From Clostridia bacterium (GTDB lineage: Bacteria; Bacillota; Clostridia; Oscillospirales; UBA644): 64,000 bases of DNA. The stretch spans positions 36,127 to 100,126 of the forward strand of contig JAGASR010000012.1 of the NCBI GenBank assembly GCA_017621705.1. The letters run 5' to 3'. The notes under the pieces are model-generated. The model was given only the letters and a program-made list of their open reading frames with translations, ran no database searches and was not told where the DNA came from. Shown one piece after another: positions 18,820 through 26,890 of this stretch. Each line of letters opens with the position of its first letter. Positions within the stretch are counted from its first letter, which is position 1. The position numbers were made by a program, and so were the translations under genes.

Positions 18820-19053
18820 ATGAAACTTAACGATGCGATAGTGACGAGAATAGATGAGATATGCAAAGAAAAAGGTATGAATATCTGTGATGCATCACTC
18901 AAGGGCGGAATGTCTCCGTCCGCGATATATGATCTTGTGAAGGGCAGGACAAAATGTTCGAAAGTCATAACCGTAAAAAGATTTTGCGAAGGCGCCGGCA
19001 TAACTTTAAAAGAATTTTTCGACAGAGAATATTTTAACGATATTGAGGAATAA
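18820..19053 (+). CDS. Small XRE/Cro-like HTH regulator
   Basis: 77 aa; ASLKGGMSPSAIYDLVKG...ITVKRFCEGAGITLKEFF. Confidence 0.8.
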   Translation: MKLNDAIVTRIDEICKEKGMNICDASLKGGMSPSAIYDLVKGRTKCSKVITVKRFCEGAGITLKEFFDREYFNDIEE

Positions 19054-19057
19054 AAAA

Positions 19058-19088
19058 AGAGTGAACAAACGAAAAATTTGTTCACTCT
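19058..19088. terminator. Bidirectional terminator (copy 1 of the duplicated unit)
   Basis: AGAGTGAACAAA-loop-TTTGTTCACTCT. Confidence 0.8.
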
Positions 19089-19101
19089 TGATTTTTTAAG
19101 A

Positions 19102-20178
19102 TTATTCCGCAACGGAATTATCGATAACGAATGCGGGAGCGACGATGGTCTGGAGAACGTACTGTTTAAGGTACGGCATACCATAGCTTTCAACGTAGTC
19201 GGAAAGACCTGCATCGGAAACTGCCATATCGGAAGCGGTGAGGCCTTCGAGTTCTGCAAGAGCCTGAGTTGCGAGGCAGTAAAGAGCGCTCTGCTGATAA
19301 TATTCCATATTGGTTTCGATATAGTTATCATAAGATTCGGCGCCGACATAAGTTACGATAAAATCTTCGATCGAAACGCCGAACATGGAAGCGTAATTCT
19401 GATAGTTGATAAGATCTGCGCAGATGACAAAATCGAGAACTGCTTTCGGCATTTCGCCTTTAAGTTCGCTCTGATACATAAGTTCGGTGAAGAAATCGGA
19501 CTTCTGCTGTTCGACAAGCCATTTTTCGATATCGGCAGTGAGATCTGCGACGGTAGCAAAACCGTATTCCGAAGCAATATCATCGGTAAGTTCTGCTTTG
19601 ATAAGGTCACCCTGAATATAGTTGATGGTGATATTAAAGATCGCATCTTTGCCGTTGAGGTGATCCTGACCGTAATTTTCGGGGAAAGTTACTTCAATAT
19701 CGAATTTCTCGCCGGGCATATGACCGATAAGCTGTTCGAGGAAGTCATCGATATACTGGGTAACGCCGATAGTGACATCGGTACCCATGCCGCCTGTGGA
19801 GCCGCCTTCGAATTCGACACCGTCGACAGAGCCGACATAGTCGATATTTACGGTATCGCCGTTTGCGACAGCTTTATCTGTAACCTGAGAATAAGTATCG
19901 TACTGAGCGGTGATCTCATCGAGCTGAGCCTGAACCTCGGTCTGATCCGCAACAAGAACGGACGCAGGGAGAGTTACACCTTTATATTCGGGAAGAGTTA
20001 CGAAGTCGGTTGCCTTGATGCCTTCGAAAAAGCCGTTGCTGTCAAGACCTGCGCTGTAAGAATAGTTGGTAAGATCGTATTTGTAGGAATCTGCGGTGCT
20101 GCCGTCGGAACAGCCTGCAAAAGAAGAGAGAACGAAGATCGCGCAAAGGAATGCCGCGAAGATTTTTGTTTTAAGCAT
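19102..20178 (-). CDS. Trigger-factor-like FKBP PPIase lipoprotein (paralog 1)
   Basis: Lipobox FAGC; GDTVNIDYVGSVDGVEFEGGS, IDDFLEQLIGH and IEVTFPENY; lacks the ribosome-binding GFRxG motif. Confidence 0.85.
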   Translation of the reverse strand: MLKTKIFAAFLCAIFVLSSFAGCSDGSTADSYKYDLTNYSYSAGLDSNGFFEGIKATDFVTLPEYKGVTLPASVLVADQTEVQAQLDEITAQYDTYSQVTDKAVANGDTVNIDYVGSVDGVEFEGGSTGGMGTDVTIGVTQYIDDFLEQLIGHMPGEKFDIEVTFPENYGQDHLNGKDAIFNITINYIQGDLIKAELTDDIASEYGFATVADLTADIEKWLVEQQKSDFFTELMYQSELKGEMPKAVLDFVICADLINYQNYASMFGVSIEDFIVTYVGAESYDNYIETNMEYYQQSALYCLATQALAELEGLTASDMAVSDAGLSDYVESYGMPYLKQYVLQTIVAPAFVIDNSVAE

Positions 20179-20180
20179 TT

Positions 20181-20265
20181 ATTTCATACCTCCAAAGTTA
20201 TACCGCAATATTATAAACTATATTATTTTCTTTTAATATAAAATTTAATGGCTTTTTTGTAATAA
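20181..20265. repeat. 85-bp upstream region identical to 21420-21504
   Basis: Base-by-base comparison shows an exact direct repeat covering the RBS and promoter region. Confidence 0.9.
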
Positions 20266-20285
20266 TAACAGTACAGATAAAAAAA

Positions 20286-20313
20286 GAGTGAACAAACGAA
20301 AATTTGTCCACTC
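20286..20313. terminator. Terminator (copy 2 of the duplicated unit)
   Basis: GAGTGAACAAA-loop-TTTGTCCACTC, a near copy of 19058-19088. Confidence 0.7.
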
Positions 20314-20343
20314 ATTTTTATTGATTATTCGACAACAGCGTTA

Positions 20344-21417
20344 TTAATTAATAACGGCGTTATTTATAATAAAATCGGGAACGACTTCGGTCTGAATAAC
20401 GTACTGCTTGAGATACGGCATACCGTAGCTTTCGAGATACGGTGCGATATCGGAATCAAGAACAGCCTCTTCGGAAGCGGAAAGGCCTTCAAGCTCTGCA
20501 ATAGCCTGAATTGCGAGACAGAAAAGCGCGCTTTCTTTATAATACTCTGATTTTGATGCGAGCAAAGTCTCAACGGAAGGAACATTTTCATAACCAAGGA
20601 GGAAAAGTTCAAGGTCCATTTCAGCTTTATCGGCATAAGTCTTATAAAAAACGAGATCCGCGCAGATTATATAGTCGAGAACGCTCTGGGGAAGTTCGCC
20701 TTTGAGTTCGCTTTTACGGATAAGCTCATTGAAAAACGCAGTTTTCTGCTTATTTACAGCCCATTTTTCGATATCGGCGGTGAGTTCTTCGACGTTTGCA
20801 AAACCGTAATTTGCAAGAATAATCTCATTGAGACGTTCTTCTCTGATGCCGCCCTGGATAAAGTTTACGGTGATGTTGAAAACAGCATCTTTGCCGTTGA
20901 GATTAGTCTGACCGTAATTTTCGGGGAAAGTTACTTCGATATCGAAATTTTCGCCGGGTTTATGACCGATGAGCTGTTCAAGGAAATCGTCGATATAATT
21001 TGTGACACCGATGGTGACATAAGTTCCGCCGCCGTTGGTAGAACCGCCCGGAAATTCCACACCGTCGACAGAGCCGACATAGTCGATATTGACCGTATCT
21101 CCGTCCTTAATTACACCGTCGGTAAGGCGCTCGTAAACATCGTATTGAGAAATTATCTCGTCAAGCTTATTCTGAACGGTCTCTTCGTCCGCAACGATAA
21201 CGGATTCGGGAACGGAAACCCCTTTATACTCAGGAAGAGTTACATAATCCGTAGCCTTGACACCCTCAAAAAAGCCGTTTTCGTCGAGATAATGACTGTA
21301 TGTGTAGTTTGTAAGATCGTAACCCGCAACAATTACGGGAGCTTTGCCGCAGCCCGCAAACGAACCGAGAACAAATACGGCGCAAAGTATCGCCGCAAGA
21401 ATTCTTATTTTAAGCAT
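20344..21417 (-). CDS. Trigger-factor-like FKBP PPIase lipoprotein (paralog 2)
   Basis: Lipobox FAGC and the same FKBP motifs as 19102-20178. Start at MLKIR. Confidence 0.85.
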   Translation of the reverse strand: MLKIRILAAILCAVFVLGSFAGCGKAPVIVAGYDLTNYTYSHYLDENGFFEGVKATDYVTLPEYKGVSVPESVIVADEETVQNKLDEIISQYDVYERLTDGVIKDGDTVNIDYVGSVDGVEFPGGSTNGGGTYVTIGVTNYIDDFLEQLIGHKPGENFDIEVTFPENYGQTNLNGKDAVFNITVNFIQGGIREERLNEIILANYGFANVEELTADIEKWAVNKQKTAFFNELIRKSELKGELPQSVLDYIICADLVFYKTYADKAEMDLELFLLGYENVPSVETLLASKSEYYKESALFCLAIQAIAELEGLSASEEAVLDSDIAPYLESYGMPYLKQYVIQTEVVPDFIINNAVIN

Positions 21418-21419
21418 TG

Positions 21420-21504
21420 ATTTCATACCTCCAAAGTTATACCGCAATATTATAAACTATATTATTTTCTTTTAATATAAAATTTAATGGCTTTTTTGTA
21501 ATAA
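21420..21504. repeat. 85-bp upstream region identical to 20181-20265
   Basis: Exact direct repeat. Confidence 0.9.
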
Positions 21505-21575
21505 CTTTTCGATTTACAACCGAAAACACTTGCGAAATGATCGCAAGTGTTTTCATTTATTATACGGGAATTACG

Positions 21576-22472
21576 TCATACCTCGCCCCAGATGCGTTTC
21601 ATATTGCTGAAGCTTACACGGGTGCCGTAATCGCATTCTTCCATGCCCTCGTATTCGAGGAAGATATTGCCGTCGAAGGAGCTGTTTTTGATCGTTTTCA
21701 TAACGTCCCACATATCTATATCGCCCTGCGCGAGGATCGAACCGCGAAGGTACGTGCCGTTGACGGAAGTAAACCACGAGTTTTCGCAGTCGAATTCCGC
21801 AGAGTCTCCGGGATTGCGGTGAGCCGGACGCAGATAGAAATCCTTCATATGGATCGTCTTTGCAAAGCCGATCATTTTCTTGACGGCGATCTCGGGAATA
21901 TCATCAACGCAGGTATAGTTACCGACATCGAGCTGATGACCGAAGTTATCTCTTTTAACAGACGTCAGGATCTGGCGGACACGTTCGGAGCCGTTTGCGT
22001 GAAAACCGTGGTTTTCGAGAAGAATGGTCATATCTTTTTCTGCGGCATAATCGCAGAGCTGTTCGTAAGTCGAAACGATGAGCGGTATCTCTTTCTGGAA
22101 ATTTTCCATTGTGTTTTCGCTTTTCGGACGGCGGAAGGCAACGGAGTCGACACGGATCGTCGGAATACCGAGCGCTTTTGCGGCATCGATATGCTTTTTG
22201 ACACGTGCCATTTCGGCTTTATATTCATCGTCGGTAAGCATGGTGAAATTTGCATTAAGAGAATAGTTGCCGATGGGAACGCCGTTTTTTTCGGACGCCG
22301 CAAGGAGCTGCGGAATGAGCTCGGGCGTCTCAACGGGATTGAAGCCGAAAGGAACGAGTTCAACGACTTCCGCGCCCATCTGACAGATTCTGTCGAAAGC
22401 CTCGATTGCGGTCATTTCGCCTGAAACGATTTTTCTTGATATGCCGTAAATGGAAATACCGAATTTAACCAT
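21576..22472 (-). CDS. Sugar phosphate isomerase/epimerase (AP endonuclease 2 / xylose-isomerase-like TIM barrel)
   Basis: VVELVP, ILLENHG, QLDVGNY, IHMKD and IFLEYEG metal-binding motifs. Confidence 0.88.
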   Translation of the reverse strand: MVKFGISIYGISRKIVSGEMTAIEAFDRICQMGAEVVELVPFGFNPVETPELIPQLLAASEKNGVPIGNYSLNANFTMLTDDEYKAEMARVKKHIDAAKALGIPTIRVDSVAFRRPKSENTMENFQKEIPLIVSTYEQLCDYAAEKDMTILLENHGFHANGSERVRQILTSVKRDNFGHQLDVGNYTCVDDIPEIAVKKMIGFAKTIHMKDFYLRPAHRNPGDSAEFDCENSWFTSVNGTYLRGSILAQGDIDMWDVMKTIKNSSFDGNIFLEYEGMEECDYGTRVSFSNMKRIWGEV

Positions 22473-22495
22473 AATTTTCAACCTTTCTTATCGGA

Positions 22496-24688
22496 TCAGA
22501 GACGTGCGCCGTCGTACCAGACTTCCATGGGAAGTGCGTTTTCGTCGGAAGTAACATTATAAGAATCGAGTTTGCCGTCTTTCCATGAGATATCGACGGT
22601 GTAGCCGCCTCTTGCGCGAAGACCTTTAACGGAGCCGTTTTTCCATGCTTCGGGAAGAACGGGGAGAAGCTCTATTTTGCCGTCGTGGCTCTGAAGAAGA
22701 AGTTCGGCAATGCCTGCGGTGGCGCCGAAGTTGCCGTCGATCTGGAACGGGGGATGCATATCGAAAAGATTTTCGCTTGTGGATTTTGCGAGGATCTTGA
22801 GAAGATTATCGTATGCCTGAGCTTTATCGCGAAGACGAGCCCACATGCAGATTATCCATGCGCAGGACCAGCCTGTATGACCGCCGCCGTGAGAAAGTCT
22901 GCGTTCGAGAGTTTTTCTTGCGCCGTCGAACCATACGGGGGAGCTTGCGGTGATCTGAGAAGAGGGATAAAGAGCGTAAAGATGAGAAATATGTCTGTGG
23001 CCGGGTTCGAGTTCATCGTAATCTTCGACCCATTCCTGGATCTGACCGTATTTACCGATGACGGGACGGGGGATCTTCGGAAGTTTTTCCTTAATTTCTT
23101 CGGTAAGTTCGGATTCGATGCCGAGAATTTTATTGATCTCTATGCAGGCAGAGAAAAGGTCATAGATGATCTCGCTGTCCATAGACGGGCCGATAGAAAT
23201 ACAGCCGACCGTTCCGTCGGGAAGAACGTAGCAGTTTTCGGGAGAAGAGCCGGGGCAGGTAACGAGGTGGCCATTGCCGTCGTCAATAAGGAAATCGCAG
23301 AAGAAACGTGCGGATTCAAAGAGGCAGTGAGCGTATTTTTTGAGGAATTCGGTATCTCTGTTAAAGAGGAAGTGCTCCCATATATGGAGCGAAAGCCATG
23401 CGCCGCCCATGATCCAGTGAGTAGAGCCCGTGCAGTTATCCTGCGGTGCGGTATCAGCCCAGATATCGGTATTGTGATGAGCTACAAATCCGCGGCAACC
23501 GTACATTACTTTTGCGGTCTTCTGTCCGTTCGGAACCATTCTTACGACATGGTCGAAAAGCGGAGTGTGAAGCTCGGAGAGGTTGCAGGTCTCGGCGGGC
23601 CAGTAGTTCATTTCGGTATTGATATTGATAGTATATTTACTGTCCCATGCGGATTCGTAATCGTTGCACCAGATGCCCTGCAGGTTGAGGGGGAGCGTAC
23701 CCTCACGGCTTCCCGAGATCATGAGATATCTGCCGAAGTTGAAATACTGTTCAATAAGTATGTTATCCTCGCCGCCGTTCTGAACATTATGAAGACGTTC
23801 ATCTGTCGGGATATCGTTTTCTTCGCTGTCGCAGAGGGTCAGCTTTACGCGGTCGAAATATTTTTTATAGTCGGAAACGTGATCTTCATAGAGCTTTTCG
23901 TAGCCCGTTTTTTCTGCGGCATCGAGAGTTTCAAGGCAAGCCGCGATGGGGTCTTCTTTGCGGAAAGTCGTATAGCAGGTCACAAGAGCGGTGACGGTTT
24001 TTGCATCGGTTACGGAAACACGTTCGCCGATACCCTCGACATTGCCGTCGCTGATGATCCTGAGCATCCAGACAAATCTGATACCGCCTTCACCGAGTTC
24101 ACCGTCGATAACTATGGTATTATCGCCGATCCTGTATGAAGTATCGAGGAATTTAGTGCGGCTGAAACGGAAAGTCATGAAAAGATTCGGCTCATCGGAT
24201 TCATATTTTATAACGGTCGTCTGCGCAGGATTGGAGCAGAAAGCGGTACGGGTGAAAGGTACACCGTCATTTTTATAGGAAAGAACGGTAGTTGCGGTAT
24301 CGAGATCGAGAAGGTGGGTATAATCGGTGATCTCGCCGATATTTCCCGCAAAATCGCCGCGTTTGCTGAAAGTTACGATCTCGAGATTTGCGCCGTGCTG
24401 ATAAGGACGCTGGCTTTCGGGGGTTCCGGAAAAAGCGCACGCCATGAGCTTTTCGGCTTCGTCGATATTGCCCTCGAAAAGAAGTTTGCGGACTTCGGGA
24501 AGTTTGCGGAGAGCATCTTTATTGTTGCGATCACAGGGGCCGCCGTACCAGATAGAATCTTCGTTCATCTGAACGCTTTCATCACCGACTTTGCCCGAAA
24601 ACATTGCGCCGAGACGACCGTTGCCGATAGGAAGACATCTGTCCCAGCGGTCGGAGGGGTGTGTATACCATAATTGATTCTTTTTCAT
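22496..24688 (-). CDS. GH95 alpha-L-fucosidase (paralog 1)
   Basis: [51 protein letters not shown] and FQIDGNFG. Confidence 0.93.
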   Translation of the reverse strand: MKKNQLWYTHPSDRWDRCLPIGNGRLGAMFSGKVGDESVQMNEDSIWYGGPCDRNNKDALRKLPEVRKLLFEGNIDEAEKLMACAFSGTPESQRPYQHGANLEIVTFSKRGDFAGNIGEITDYTHLLDLDTATTVLSYKNDGVPFTRTAFCSNPAQTTVIKYESDEPNLFMTFRFSRTKFLDTSYRIGDNTIVIDGELGEGGIRFVWMLRIISDGNVEGIGERVSVTDAKTVTALVTCYTTFRKEDPIAACLETLDAAEKTGYEKLYEDHVSDYKKYFDRVKLTLCDSEENDIPTDERLHNVQNGGEDNILIEQYFNFGRYLMISGSREGTLPLNLQGIWCNDYESAWDSKYTININTEMNYWPAETCNLSELHTPLFDHVVRMVPNGQKTAKVMYGCRGFVAHHNTDIWADTAPQDNCTGSTHWIMGGAWLSLHIWEHFLFNRDTEFLKKYAHCLFESARFFCDFLIDDGNGHLVTCPGSSPENCYVLPDGTVGCISIGPSMDSEIIYDLFSACIEINKILGIESELTEEIKEKLPKIPRPVIGKYGQIQEWVEDYDELEPGHRHISHLYALYPSSQITASSPVWFDGARKTLERRLSHGGGHTGWSCAWIICMWARLRDKAQAYDNLLKILAKSTSENLFDMHPPFQIDGNFGATAGIAELLLQSHDGKIELLPVLPEAWKNGSVKGLRARGGYTVDISWKDGKLDSYNVTSDENALPMEVWYDGARL

Positions 24689-24712
24689 ATTAATAATCTC
24701 TCTTTCTCTTTT

Positions 24713-26887
24713 TCAGCAAAGCTTACTGCCGTTATACCAGACTTCCGCAGGCAGAGCGTTTTCGTCGGGAGTAACGTTATAAGAATCGAGTTTACCGTCT
24801 TTCCATGAGATATCGACGGTGTAGCCGCCCCTTGCGCGGAGACCTTTAACGGAGCCGTTTTTCCACTCTTCGGGAAGAACGGGAAGAAGCTCGATCTTAC
24901 CCTCGTGGCTCTGAAGCAGGAATTCTGCAATACCTGCGGTAGCACCGAAGTTGCCGTCGATCTGGAACGGGGGATGCATATCGAAGAGGTTTTCGCTTGT
25001 TGCGTTTTTGAGAATGATCTGAAGACTGTTATACGCCTGTTTTTTATCGCGAAGACGTGCCCAAAGGCAGATTATCCAAGCCGCAGACCAGCCCGTATGA
25101 CCGCCGCCGTGAGAAAGACGGAGTTCGAGTGATTTTCTTACGGCATTGAAAAGATCGGGAGTCTGAGTGTTGATCTGACTTGAGGGGTAGAGACCGAAGA
25201 GGTGCGAAACATGGCGATGACCGGGATCGACTTCGCCGTATTCTTCATCCCATTCGAGGATCTGACCTTTTGAACCGATCTCGGGACGGGGAACTTTCGG
25301 AAGTTTTTCTTTAATTACGGCTGTGAGTTCGGGTTCTGCGCCCGTTACTTTATTTGCTTCGATGCAGGCGGTGAAAAGATCGTAGATTATTTCACGGTCC
25401 ATTGCAGGGCATTTGCAAGCGGCGCCCCATGTGTTATCGGGAAGAAGATAAGCGTTTTCGGGAGAAGAACCGGGGGCGGTCACGAGATTGCCGTTGCCGT
25501 CATCCGCAAGAAAATCGCAGAAGAATCGCGCGGCTTCGAAAAGAGCGTAACCGTATTTTTTAAGGAATTCGACATCACGGGTAAACAGGAAATGCTCCCA
25601 GATATGAAGCGAGAGCCATGCGCCGCCCATTACCCACTGCGCGGCACCGGCGGTGAGATCCTGAGGCGCGGTATCTGCCCAGATATCGGTATTATGATGG
25701 CAGACAAAGCCGTTGCAGCCGTACATTGCCTTGGCTGTATGCTGACCGTTCGGAACCATGCGCATGATATGATCGAAAAGCGGCATATGAAGTTCGGAAA
25801 GGTTGCAGGTCTCGGCAGGCCAGTAGTTCATTTCGGTATTGATATTGATGGTATATTTGCTATCCCATGCAGACTGATAATCTTTGCACCAGATACCCTG
25901 AAGATTGAGGGGAAGCGTACCTTCTCGGCTTCCGGATATCATGAGATATCTGCCGAAGTTGAAATACTGCTCAATAAGTACGTTATCCTCGCCGCCGTTC
26001 TGAACATTATGAAGACGTTCGTCTGTCGGAATATCGTTTTCTTCGCAGTCGCAAAGAGTGAGTTTTACACGATCGAAATATTTTTTATAGTCGGCAAGAT
26101 GATCTTCATAAAGCTTATCGTAGCCAGTTTTGACAGCATCATCGATAGTTTTAAGACATTCCTTTTCAGGCTCTTCCGCACGGAAAGAGGTGTAACAGGT
26201 TATATAAACAGTGATATTTTTTGCGTTGTTTACACAGATACGTTCGCCGATGCCTTCGATATTGCCGTCACTTACGACTTTTGCCATCCAGACAAATCTT
26301 ATGCCGTCTTTACAGATCTTTCCGTCGATAACGGTCGTGTCGTCCCCGATACGGTAAGAGTGATCGAGGAATTTACTGCGTTTGAGGCTGAATGCCATAT
26401 CGAGACCAGCTTTTTCAGACTCATATTTAACGACGGTTACCTGCGCGGGATTGGAGCAGAAACCGATACGTTTATAGCCCACACCGTTTTTCTTGCAGGT
26501 GAGGACTGCGGTTGCGGTATCAAGATCGAGATAATGAAGATAATCGGTGACAGGGCCTCTGTTGCCGTAAGTGTTGACATGAAGGTCTGCGCCCTGCTGA
26601 TAAACGCTTTCGCCCGAGGGATTGGAGCAGAGGGCAGAAACCATGAGTTTTTCCGCTTCATGGATCTGACCGTTGAGGATATATTTTCTTATTTCGGGGA
26701 ATTTGCGGAGAGCATCGGGATTATGTCTGTCAACGGGTGCACCATACCAGATAGAATCTTCGTTCATCTGAATATGCTCGTGATTTGCATTACCCGAAAA
26801 CATTGCACCGAGCCTGCCGTTGCCGATTGGGAGGTATTTATCCCATCTGTCGGAGGGATGAGTATACCACAGCTGATTTTTTTTCAT
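24713..26887 (-). CDS. GH95 alpha-L-fucosidase (paralog 2)
   Basis: Same GH95 motifs; tandem paralog at a 2220-nt offset. Confidence 0.93.
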   Translation of the reverse strand: MKKNQLWYTHPSDRWDKYLPIGNGRLGAMFSGNANHEHIQMNEDSIWYGAPVDRHNPDALRKFPEIRKYILNGQIHEAEKLMVSALCSNPSGESVYQQGADLHVNTYGNRGPVTDYLHYLDLDTATAVLTCKKNGVGYKRIGFCSNPAQVTVVKYESEKAGLDMAFSLKRSKFLDHSYRIGDDTTVIDGKICKDGIRFVWMAKVVSDGNIEGIGERICVNNAKNITVYITCYTSFRAEEPEKECLKTIDDAVKTGYDKLYEDHLADYKKYFDRVKLTLCDCEENDIPTDERLHNVQNGGEDNVLIEQYFNFGRYLMISGSREGTLPLNLQGIWCKDYQSAWDSKYTININTEMNYWPAETCNLSELHMPLFDHIMRMVPNGQHTAKAMYGCNGFVCHHNTDIWADTAPQDLTAGAAQWVMGGAWLSLHIWEHFLFTRDVEFLKKYGYALFEAARFFCDFLADDGNGNLVTAPGSSPENAYLLPDNTWGAACKCPAMDREIIYDLFTACIEANKVTGAEPELTAVIKEKLPKVPRPEIGSKGQILEWDEEYGEVDPGHRHVSHLFGLYPSSQINTQTPDLFNAVRKSLELRLSHGGGHTGWSAAWIICLWARLRDKKQAYNSLQIILKNATSENLFDMHPPFQIDGNFGATAGIAEFLLQSHEGKIELLPVLPEEWKNGSVKGLRARGGYTVDISWKDGKLDSYNVTPDENALPAEVWYNGSKLC

Positions 26888-26890
26888 AGT

